Origin: Eubacteriales bacterium
GTDB taxonomy: Bacteria; Bacillota; Clostridia; Oscillospirales; SIG627
DNA: 43,674 nt
Direction of reading: 5' to 3'
Assembly: GCA_045590715.1 (NCBI GenBank)
Contig: JAZNRO010000024.1
Span: 1 to 43,674, forward strand
Part shown: positions 17,945 to 25,908 of the stretch, piece by piece
Layout of the letters: each line of letters begins with the position of its first letter
Position numbering within the stretch: position 1 is the stretch's first letter
Made by a program: the position numbers and the translations under genes
Notes under the pieces: model-generated
What the model was told of the DNA's origin: nothing
The model's database searches: none
Seen by the model: only the letters and a program-made list of their open reading frames with translations

Positions 17945-18781
17945 ATGGCACAATCAGAAAAAGTAAAAGAACTGCTGCGCCGCCTGGAAGAAGGAACGGG
18001 CGAGATTTATGCCCGTTATGAAAGCCTGATCCGGGCCAGCGATGCAGGGTATGACGGAAAGATTGCAGAGCTGGAAAACGATTACCAGAGAGCGGCCGGG
18101 CAGGTTTCGGCCCAAGCAAAAATCGATCGCAAGAATACTTTGGAGAAGATGGCGGACGCCGGGTATTTAAACTCCGGTGAGACCGTGCAGGCAACCATTG
18201 CGGCAAATGCCAATCGCGCCGCTGCGCTATCCGCTCTTTCTGTACAGAAAGCCAAGGATAAGAAGGCTTATTTGCAGGAAAAGGATAAGGCCAGAGCAAG
18301 CCTTTCTCTCCAGGGAGAAAAAGAGGTTACAAATTTGAAAAAAGAAGTGACCGATGCGGTGCGAGAGCAGGAAAATCTGGATCGTGAGTTCGAGGCCCAG
18401 GAGAGACAGAGAGCTTACGAGCAGGCTCTCAAGGAAGAAAATCTGAAGCTGGAAAAGGAGCTTTCTGCAGCCAGGATCGCACAGATGGCGGCGCAGACCC
18501 GTCAGGCAGAGCAGGAAACGGCTTTGGCGGCGGCTGCCCAGGTTCAGAAAGAGGCAGAAAGCAAGAAAAATAAAGGTATTCAGCCGAAAAAGACACCTTA
18601 TGAATACGTGGATGATATTATCGAGCAGAACACCACGTATAATAAGAAAAAGAAGTATAAGGTGATCGACCGAAAGGCCATCTTGCTTGCGATTTCCGCC
18701 ATTGTAAAAGATACCAAGATCTCTTACGATTACCGATATGAAATGTATTTGTACGGAAAGAGTCTGGGATATGTGACTTAA
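17945..18781 (+). CDS. Hypothetical coiled-coil protein; positional analogue of a portal plug/needle (P22 gp26-like position)
   Basis: 278 aa. There is a long Ala/Glu/Lys/Gln-rich heptad-like region (residues about 20-200), then a small globular C-terminal domain. RBS is AAAGGAG. Confidence 0.3.
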   Translation: MAQSEKVKELLRRLEEGTGEIYARYESLIRASDAGYDGKIAELENDYQRAAGQVSAQAKIDRKNTLEKMADAGYLNSGETVQATIAANANRAAALSALSVQKAKDKKAYLQEKDKARASLSLQGEKEVTNLKKEVTDAVREQENLDREFEAQERQRAYEQALKEENLKLEKELSAARIAQMAAQTRQAEQETALAAAAQVQKEAESKKNKGIQPKKTPYEYVDDIIEQNTTYNKKKKYKVIDRKAILLAISAIVKDTKISYDYRYEMYLYGKSLGYVT

Positions 18782-18787
18782 AGAAAA

Positions 18788-18829
18788 AAACTACTCTGCT
18801 TTACCGGGTAAGGCAGGGTAGTTTTTTTA
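18788..18829 (+). terminator. Rho-independent terminator ending the phage-like operon
   Basis: Stem CTACTCTGC / GCAGGGTAG (18791-18799 and 18813-18821) followed by T7. Confidence 0.7.
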
Positions 18830-18945
18830 TCTTTTGTATCCGGCTTTTGAAAAAGTGAGAGAGGGAAGAGGGGAAAACGAAAAAAACACTTTTCTTCTCT
18901 TTCTTTTTGTTGTATAATGAAAAAAGAACAAACAAAGGAGCCGAA

Positions 18946-19380
18946 ATGAAGGAAGTTACGATCTATACCGACGGTGCTTGCTCGGGGAATCCGGGACCCG
19001 GAGGGTATTGTGCGATTCTGGTGTATCAGGGAAAAGAAAAATGCGTATCCGGCGGTGAAAAAGAAACCACCAACAATCGAATGGAACTTTTGGCGGTCAT
19101 CAGTGCGCTGGAGGCTTTAAAGGAGCCTTGCGCGGTAGAGGTGGTATCCGATTCCAAATACGTGGTGGATGCCATTGAAAAAGGATGGCTTTCCTCCTGG
19201 CAGGCGAAGGGCTGGAAAAAAGCGGATCGGAAGCCGGTGCTCAACGTGGAATTGTGGCAGAGGCTTTTGCCGATGCTTACAAAGCATACGGTTCGTTTCA
19301 CCTGGATCCGGGGACACGCGGGACATCCTTACAACGAGCGCTGTGATGCAGTAGCGGTGCAGGAATCTCAAAAGTTTTAA
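18946..19380 (+). CDS. rnhA: Ribonuclease HI
   Basis: [28 protein letters not shown] and [12 protein letters not shown] are the DEDD catalytic blocks. Start at ATG 18946 has an AAAGGAG RBS. Confidence 0.9.
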   Translation: MKEVTIYTDGACSGNPGPGGYCAILVYQGKEKCVSGGEKETTNNRMELLAVISALEALKEPCAVEVVSDSKYVVDAIEKGWLSSWQAKGWKKADRKPVLNVELWQRLLPMLTKHTVRFTWIRGHAGHPYNERCDAVAVQESQKF

Positions 19381-19389
19381 GGGGAAAGA

Positions 19390-20409
19390 ATGGAAAAAGT
19401 ATTGGTAGGGCTTTCCGGCGGGGTAGATAGCGCCGCCACAGCTCTGGTCCTGAAAAAAATGGGATACCGGGTTTATGGCGTTTGCTTTTTGTTTTGCCCC
19501 GGCTCTGATGCCGAAGGGGCCAGAAGAATTGCAGAAAAGCTGGATATCCCTTTCCACGTGGTAAGAAGGCAGCGCCGTTTTGAAAATCAGGTGATTACCC
19601 CTTTCGTTCAAACTTATTCGGAAGGGCGCACGCCCAATCCTTGCGTGGAATGTAACCGAAAAATGAAATTTAGGTGCCTTTTGGAAGAGGCTGACCGGCT
19701 TGGAATTGAAAAGGTAGCCACCGGCCATTATGCTGCCATCCGAAAAGGGGAAAACGGCAGAATGATCTTGTCCCGGGGAAAAGACAAGGGGAAAGATCAG
19801 AGCTATTTCTTGTGGAAACTGACGCAAAAGCAGTTGTCCCGTATTTTGTTTCCTTTGGCGGATGCGGAGAAAAGCCAGATTCGGGAAGAGGCGAAAAAGC
19901 TTGTTTCCAAAGAGAAAAAAGAGAGTATGGAGATCTGCTTTGTTTCCGACGGAGATACCCAGTCCTTTGTAGCGAAGCGGGTACAGAATTTGCATCCCGG
20001 GGATTTTGTGGATCAAAGCGGCCGGGTTTTAGGCCGGCACAAAGGAATTTATCGCTATACCATCGGGCAGAGAAGAGGTCTCGGTATTGCTATGGGAGAG
20101 AGATGGTTTGTTACCGGAATTTTGCCGGAAGAGGGAAAAGTAGTTTTAGGACCGGAACGGGAACTTTATACCGACAGGCTTTTTGTGAAAGATCTTCGCT
20201 TTGTTTCCTGTGCCAAAAAGGACCTTCCCAAAGAGGGGATTTTGTTCCAGGGACGGAATCGGGGAACACCCATTCCTTGTAAGATCTGCTTTGAAAACGG
20301 GGGCGTTACCGTACTGTTTTCAGAGCCCGTCAGACGCTTTGCGCCGGGTCAATCGGCTTGTTTTTACCGGGGCGAGGACCTACTTTTCGGGGGAGAAATC
20401 GCTCTCTGA
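19390..20409 (+). CDS. mnmA: tRNA 2-thiouridine(34) synthase
   Basis: PP-loop VGLSGGVDSA, NPCVECN, ATGHYA, KDQSYFL. Confidence 0.9.
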   Translation: MEKVLVGLSGGVDSAATALVLKKMGYRVYGVCFLFCPGSDAEGARRIAEKLDIPFHVVRRQRRFENQVITPFVQTYSEGRTPNPCVECNRKMKFRCLLEEADRLGIEKVATGHYAAIRKGENGRMILSRGKDKGKDQSYFLWKLTQKQLSRILFPLADAEKSQIREEAKKLVSKEKKESMEICFVSDGDTQSFVAKRVQNLHPGDFVDQSGRVLGRHKGIYRYTIGQRRGLGIAMGERWFVTGILPEEGKVVLGPERELYTDRLFVKDLRFVSCAKKDLPKEGILFQGRNRGTPIPCKICFENGGVTVLFSEPVRRFAPGQSACFYRGEDLLFGGEIAL

Positions 20410-20472
20410 AGAAGCAATTTGGCTGCAAAAAAACGTATGTGCAAATTGTAGAATTTTATTTTGTTTTTTTGG

Positions 20473-20515
20473 GAAAATCTCACAAGAAATTTTGTGAGAT
20501 TTTCTTTTTCTTTTT
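20473..20515 (+). terminator. Rho-independent terminator after mnmA
   Basis: 13-bp stem GAAAATCTCACAA / TTGTGAGATTTTC (20473-20485 and 20492-20504) followed by a T-rich tract. Confidence 0.6.
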
Positions 20516-20800
20516 ACTTGAAAAAATACTGAAAAAAACATCAAAATATAAATTATAAACAAAATGTTAGTAAAAAAATAGTTATCAAAAATATAACATT
20601 GTTTTCTTCTGATCTCTCAAAACCATAGTAAAATCAAGGAAAAAATAATATTTATAAAGTGTAAATATATTTTTTCGTTAAAATTTGTGCACTTTTGAAA
20701 AGCGCATAATTCATGCAACTGTGTCAAAAACGGCAAAAAAAGCCTTTTTTCGCCCTTCAAAAAGGCCCAAAACCGTTGATATTCTGCGCTTTTTGGTTTC

Positions 20801-20829
20801 TTGACAAAGGGGGGGCATTATGTTAGAAT
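20801..20829 (+). promoter_or_regulatory. Near-consensus sigma-A promoter of the 12-kb ABC locus, with a G7 tract in the spacer
   Basis: TTGACA (20801-20806), 17-nt spacer containing GGGGGGG (20809-20815), then TGt-TAGAAT (20821-20829). The AGGAGG RBS and ATG 20866 follow. Confidence 0.65.
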
Positions 20830-20865
20830 TATGCTACATACACATGACTATAGGAGGAACTTTGT

Positions 20866-23800
20866 ATGATGAAGAAATTTCTGTCAAAATCGCTTGTACT
20901 TTTGCTTGCTTTTTTGATGGTATTTTCCTGCTTCGGCACCGCGGTTTTTGCAACCGATGACGTTGCCCTTGCCGAGGAAAATGCTGAAGAAGAAAAGAAC
21001 AACAGCAAATTACAGGAGATTGAGGAGCTTTTAAACTCCAACGACTATGCCGAATATCGCCTTCTGTATCAGGGCGCGAAAAACGGTGAAGACGATATCG
21101 TAATTTCCGGAAAGGATTTTGATCCGGAAAAGACCACCGCTACCGTTTTCAAGGACAAGTACCTTGGCAGCGAGAGTGAGGTCGTTATGATTGGCGATAC
21201 CGGTGACGTTACCTGGAATTTCGAGGTGAAGAAGACCGGTAACTATCATATCCAGATCACTTACGCTCCCATCGTTTCTTATGACGGAGATCAAGACGGC
21301 AAAGCTGATTTTGTCAGCAATTCCGCCACCATTAAGCGCGCGCTTTTGATCGACGGATCTTATCCTTTTAAGCAGTCCCGTTATATTGAATTGAACCGCG
21401 TATGGAAGGATACTATGGGCGGCGAAGGTTCTAATGACAGAGGATTCATTTTGGATAACGACGGAAACGAGATCAAACCCAACAAGGCTGAAAATCCCGT
21501 TTGGCGTACCATTATGGCTTCCGACTCTACCGGCTATATCGTGGATCCCTTCCTTTATTATGTAGAAGAAGGTGTTCATACCATTTCTCTTGCCGAAGTG
21601 CAGGAAGTTTGCGCGATTAAAGAAATTCGCATTTTCTACGATGATTCTTCCATCACTTACGAAGAATATCTGAAGGAAAACGATAAGAAGGCAGATAAAG
21701 CTGCCGGCGCAGAAATCGAAGTGATCGAAGCAGAAATTCCCAGTTTTACTTCCTCCAACATTATATATCCCATTTACGACCGCTCTTCTGCGGCTACCCA
21801 GCCTCAGAGCGCATACAATATTTACTTGAACGCGATTGGCGGCGAAAAATGGCAGACTGCCGGCCAGTGGATCTCCTGGGACTTTGAAGTTCCGGAAGAT
21901 GGCTACTACACCATCAGCCCCCGCTTCCTTCAGTCTTTTGCAGAGGGTATGTACGTATCCCGCGAACTGAAGATCGACGGCAAAACTCCCTTTGATGAAG
22001 CAAAGACCCTCCGCTTTAAATACAGTGACGAATGGCAGCTTCTCCCTCTGACTGACGGTGTGATCGATGAAAAGACCGGAAAAGAGAGAGCACTGAAGTT
22101 CTATTTGACCAAGGGAACTCACGAAATGGAAATGTGGGTTGTACTGGGTGAAATGGCAGACATTCTCAATACCGTTGAAAAAGCACTTTCCCACGTAAAC
22201 GAATGCTACCTGCAGATTCTGATGCTGACCGGTTCTGAACCTGATGAATACAGAGATTATCAGTTCAGCCGTCTAATGCCCGAAGTACTGAAGGGCATGG
22301 CAGAAGAGTCCAAGGTTCTCTATGAAGTTTCCGCTCAGCTGGAAGCCATCAACGGAACCAAAGGTTCTGACTCTGTAACCCTTGACAACGTAGCACTTCT
22401 TCTGGAAAGAATGAGCGGCGACGAAGATCTGATCGCTCCCAACTTTACCGAACTGAAAGACTACATCGGTAACCTGGGTACCTGGATCATGACCGCTCGT
22501 AACCAGCCTCTGGAATTTGACTACATCCTGGTTTCTCCCGCGGAAGACATGAAAGAAAAGGATGCTTCCGATTACTTTGATGATAAAGGCTTTGATGCCG
22601 ACGCTTCCTTCTGGGATGCTCTTTCTTACGAATTTGAACAGTTCATCATGAGCTGGATCAGCGACTACTCCAGCTACGGTGTGCGCACCCAGGAAGGCTC
22701 TGAAAACTACGCTTCCGTTGAAGTTTGGACCACCTCCGGTCGTGACCAGTCTACGATCATGAGATCTCTGATCAGTGATACCTTCACTTCTCAGAAGAAC
22801 ATTGCAGTAGACTTAAAACTGGTAGCAGCAGGTTCTCTGCTTCCCGCTACTCTTTCCGGCTCCGGCCCTGACGTGAATATGACCCTGGGCTCCGGCACGG
22901 TTATCAACTACGCGATCCGTTCCGCTGTTCTTCCCATCAATCCCGAGGGATACGTTGATGAAGAAGACGATGATGAAGAAACCCGCGAATTTAATGCAAA
23001 ATGCCGCGAGATCTTCTCTGATTACGAGCAGGTTGTTTCCTGGTTCGATGAAGCAGCTACCATTCCTCTGGAACTTTACGGTGTTGCTTACGCCCTCCCC
23101 GAAACCGAAAGCTTCTCAATGCTCTTCTACCGCAGTGACATTCTCCTGCAGCTGGGTCTTGATATCCCCGAAACCTGGGACGACGTTTATAACATGCTTC
23201 CCACCCTTCAGACCAATAACCTGGACTTCGGTTACCACGAATCCCTGGCAGGTCTTCTGATCATGCTGTATCAGCGCGGCCAGCAGCTTTACAGCAAGCC
23301 CTTGGAAGGCGATAAAGACGGTCTGACCGGCGCAATGAGTATCAACCTTGATTCCAACGAAGCCCTTGAAACTTTCAAGGAAATGTGTGAACTTTACACC
23401 ATGTACGGTTTCCCCTATTCTTACAGCTTTGTAAACCGTTTCCGTACCGGTGAAATGCCCATTGGTGTACAGGGTTACACCACCTACTCTCAGCTGACCA
23501 TCTTCGCTCCCGAACTTCGCGGTCTTTGGGGCTTTACCGTTCTTCCCGGTACTGTTCGTACCGATGAAAACGGCAATACCTTCGTCGATCACACTGCCGA
23601 TACCACCGTAACCGGTATCGCAATGATGAGAGACTGCAAAGAAATCGCAGCCGCTTGGGAATTTATGAAGTGGTGGGTTTCCACAGAAACTCAGTCCACC
23701 TACGGTCAGGAATATTACGCACTGCTCGGTGCTTCCGGTCAGTACGCTACTGCCAACATTGAAGCCCTCTATTCTATGAGCTGGACAGCAGACGAAAGAA

Positions 23801-24039
23801 AAGAACTGCACAACCAGTTTGATTGGCTTCAGGCTACTCCCGAGATGCCCGGTGGTTATATCGTTGCTCGTTACGTTGAATTTGCATTCCTTGCCGCTTA
23901 CAACGATGACAAGGATCCGGTAGAATCCATGCTGGAGTATATCGATGCGATCAACTCCGAGCTTACCAGAAAGCGCGGCGAGTTTGACCTGCCCACTCTG
24001 GAAAACTACGAAGACTACATGGCACAGCAAAAAGCTTAA
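20866..24039 (+). CDS. Giant extracellular solute-binding protein: signal peptide, two CBM-like beta-sandwich modules, helical linker, family-1-type sugar SBP domain
   Basis: 1057 aa. There are two internally similar units (GDVTWNFEVKKTGNYHIQITY...LLIDG..PF...GVHTISL and GQWISWDFEVPEDGYYTISPRF...LKIDGKTPF...GTHEMEMWV) of CBM6/35-like pattern. The C-terminal about 440 aa has SBP blocks (VEVWTTSG, SGSGPDV, YALPETESFSMLFYRSDIL..LGLDIPETWDDV, VLPG). Confidence 0.7.
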   Translation: MMKKFLSKSLVLLLAFLMVFSCFGTAVFATDDVALAEENAEEEKNNSKLQEIEELLNSNDYAEYRLLYQGAKNGEDDIVISGKDFDPEKTTATVFKDKYLGSESEVVMIGDTGDVTWNFEVKKTGNYHIQITYAPIVSYDGDQDGKADFVSNSATIKRALLIDGSYPFKQSRYIELNRVWKDTMGGEGSNDRGFILDNDGNEIKPNKAENPVWRTIMASDSTGYIVDPFLYYVEEGVHTISLAEVQEVCAIKEIRIFYDDSSITYEEYLKENDKKADKAAGAEIEVIEAEIPSFTSSNIIYPIYDRSSAATQPQSAYNIYLNAIGGEKWQTAGQWISWDFEVPEDGYYTISPRFLQSFAEGMYVSRELKIDGKTPFDEAKTLRFKYSDEWQLLPLTDGVIDEKTGKERALKFYLTKGTHEMEMWVVLGEMADILNTVEKALSHVNECYLQILMLTGSEPDEYRDYQFSRLMPEVLKGMAEESKVLYEVSAQLEAINGTKGSDSVTLDNVALLLERMSGDEDLIAPNFTELKDYIGNLGTWIMTARNQPLEFDYILVSPAEDMKEKDASDYFDDKGFDADASFWDALSYEFEQFIMSWISDYSSYGVRTQEGSENYASVEVWTTSGRDQSTIMRSLISDTFTSQKNIAVDLKLVAAGSLLPATLSGSGPDVNMTLGSGTVINYAIRSAVLPINPEGYVDEEDDDEETREFNAKCREIFSDYEQVVSWFDEAATIPLELYGVAYALPETESFSMLFYRSDILLQLGLDIPETWDDVYNMLPTLQTNNLDFGYHESLAGLLIMLYQRGQQLYSKPLEGDKDGLTGAMSINLDSNEALETFKEMCELYTMYGFPYSYSFVNRFRTGEMPIGVQGYTTYSQLTIFAPELRGLWGFTVLPGTVRTDENGNTFVDHTADTTVTGIAMMRDCKEIAAAWEFMKWWVSTETQSTYGQEYYALLGASGQYATANIEALYSMSWTADERKELHNQFDWLQATPEMPGGYIVARYVEFAFLAAYNDDKDPVESMLEYIDAINSELTRKRGEFDLPTLENYEDYMAQQKA

Positions 24040-24065
24040 TCTAAAAGTAAGGAGAGGATTTTCTC

Positions 24066-25016
24066 ATGTCTCAAAAGACAACAACAGCAAAAGCGCCTGT
24101 CTCAAGAAAAGACATGACCAAGTGGCAGTGGACACTGAAGGAAATGAAGAATAACAAGACCGGTTATTTCCTTTTGGCTCCGTTCTATATTATTTTCTTC
24201 ATTTTTACCGTATTTCCTGTTATTTTGTCGATCTTTTTCAGTTTGACAGACTTTAACATGCTTGAAACACCAAATATGGTTTGGTTTGATAACTATATCC
24301 GTCTGTTCCTGGATGACGATATCTTCCTGTTATCCGTAAAGAATACCCTGGTATTTGCAGCTATCACTGGTCCCGGCTCGTACCTTCTGTCCCTTATCAT
24401 GGCATGGTTTATCAACGAGCTGCCCCCCAAGATCCGTGCGATCATGACACTGATCTTCTATGCGCCCAGTATTTCCGGTAACGTTTACATGGTATGGACC
24501 TACATTTTCTCTGCAGACTCCCACGGTTTCTTGAACGGTACTTTGATGGATCTGGGTCTGATTACAACGCCTATCGCGTTTCTGAAAGACCCCACCTACA
24601 TTATAGCAATCGTTATTATCGTAGCCCTCTTGACTTCTCTGGGTACCTCCTTCCTTACCTTTATTGCAGGTTTCCAGGTTGTTGACCGCTCTCTCTATGA
24701 GGCGGCTGCTGTGGACGGCGTTAAAAACCGTTGGCAGGAGCTTTGGTTTATTACCATGCCGTATATGAAACCGCAGATGATGTTCGGTGCGGTAATGGCA
24801 ATTACCAACTCCTTCGGTTTTGGTTCGGTTATTACCGGTCTGGTAGGCTTCCCGTCTCCCGACTACTGTGCACACACCATCATGCACCATCTGGACGACT
24901 ACGGCGGATCCCCTTTTGAAATGGGTTATGCATCTACCATTGCAGTGGTACTGTTCTTTATGATGATCGGTTCCAATATGCTGGTTCGTAAACTTCTCGG
25001 AAAGGTTGGTAAGTGA
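24066..25016 (+). CDS. Carbohydrate ABC transporter permease (MalF/UgpA-type)
   Basis: 316 aa with 6 TM segments. EAA-loop is YEAAAVDGVKNRWQELWFITMPYMKP. Confidence 0.9.
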   Translation: MSQKTTTAKAPVSRKDMTKWQWTLKEMKNNKTGYFLLAPFYIIFFIFTVFPVILSIFFSLTDFNMLETPNMVWFDNYIRLFLDDDIFLLSVKNTLVFAAITGPGSYLLSLIMAWFINELPPKIRAIMTLIFYAPSISGNVYMVWTYIFSADSHGFLNGTLMDLGLITTPIAFLKDPTYIIAIVIIVALLTSLGTSFLTFIAGFQVVDRSLYEAAAVDGVKNRWQELWFITMPYMKPQMMFGAVMAITNSFGFGSVITGLVGFPSPDYCAHTIMHHLDDYGGSPFEMGYASTIAVVLFFMMIGSNMLVRKLLGKVGK

Positions 25017-25017
25017 T

Positions 25018-25890
25018 ATGGCAAAATTAAGAATTCGCAAATCCAACCACGCTATGAACCGCTCTTTGGGCGGCGATATCGGTATCAACGCTGTCCTTCT
25101 TATCATGGGCGCGTTCATGTTCCTTCCTATGCTTTATACTGTCATGCAGTCCTTAAAGCCTCTGGACGAACTCTGGATGTATCCCCCTCGTTTCTTCGTT
25201 AGAAACCCCACCTTGGTTAACTTTAAGACCCTGTTTAACCTGATGAGCACCTCTTGGGTGCCCTTCTCCCGTTACATTTTTAACACCGCGTTCGTATCCA
25301 TCTTGGGTACCTTCGGTAACGTTATTCTGTCTTCTATGGCAGCTTATTCTCTGGCAAAAATGAAGTTCCCCGGAAAAGCCTTCCTTTTCCAGGTTGTTGT
25401 TTACTCCCTGATGTTCCACACCACAGTAACTTCTATCACCAACTTCTGGACCATGAGTAAACTGGGCCTGGTTGATACCTATTGGGCAAGAATCATTCCT
25501 GCCTGCGCAACCAGTATGGGTCTTTACCTGATGAAGCAGTTTATGGAAACCTCCGTTCCGGATTCCGTTCTGGAATCTGCAAGACTTGACGGTTCCACTG
25601 AGCTGCGCGTGTTCTGGCAGATCGCGATGCCTATGGTTAAGCCCGCTTGGCTGACCCTGATCGTATTCTGCTTTAAGGATCTGTGGAATGCAGGTTCTTC
25701 CATTTACATTTATTCCGAGCAGTACAAGAGTTTCAACTACGCCATTGGTCAGATCGTTACCGGTGGTGTATCCCGTCAGGGCGCCGGCGCCGCATCTACC
25801 GTTATTATGATGATGGTACCGATCCTGGTATTCGTTGTTACCCAGAGTAACATTATTGAAACCATGTCTTCTTCCGGTATGAAAGATTAA
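25018..25890 (+). CDS. Carbohydrate ABC transporter permease (MalG/UgpE-type)
   Basis: EAA-loop is ESARLDGSTELRVFWQIAMPMVKP. I preferred ATG 25018, but the in-frame TTG at 25006 is also possible. Confidence 0.9.
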   Translation: MAKLRIRKSNHAMNRSLGGDIGINAVLLIMGAFMFLPMLYTVMQSLKPLDELWMYPPRFFVRNPTLVNFKTLFNLMSTSWVPFSRYIFNTAFVSILGTFGNVILSSMAAYSLAKMKFPGKAFLFQVVVYSLMFHTTVTSITNFWTMSKLGLVDTYWARIIPACATSMGLYLMKQFMETSVPDSVLESARLDGSTELRVFWQIAMPMVKPAWLTLIVFCFKDLWNAGSSIYIYSEQYKSFNYAIGQIVTGGVSRQGAGAASTVIMMMVPILVFVVTQSNIIETMSSSGMKD

Positions 25891-25908
25891 GAAAAGGAGA
25901 AAAGCAAG

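Larger units (their letters stand above)
12882..18781 (+). mobile_element. Phage-derived capsid and portal-closure gene module (cryptic remnant or domesticated element); no mobility, packaging, tail-fibre or lysis genes present
   Basis: Six tightly packed co-directional ORFs with strong SD sites, bounded by terminators. Portal-like and P22-coat-like capsid proteins are recognisable, and the order mirrors P22 genes 1-8-5-4-10-26. Confidence 0.6.

Noticed and set aside
12667-18945. Searched for direct repeats (att-like sites) flanking the phage-like module.
   Set aside because: I saw only short purine-rich similarities (for example TTTGAAAAAG-like) between the 12667-12881 and 18782-18945 intergenic regions. 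There is no convincing repeat of 12 bp or more. A computational repeat search would be needed to be sure.
20696-20709. cre-like (CcpA) site TGAAAAGCGCATAA upstream of the ABC locus.
   Set aside because: The central CG is out of register with the TGWAANCGNTNWCA consensus, and the right half-site does not match.
21031-24030. Two long minus-strand ORFs (21031-22194 and 23116-24030) inside the giant SBP gene.
   Set aside because: They are shadow ORFs. They have no RBS, and the sense frame is continuous with SBP motifs and a signal peptide.
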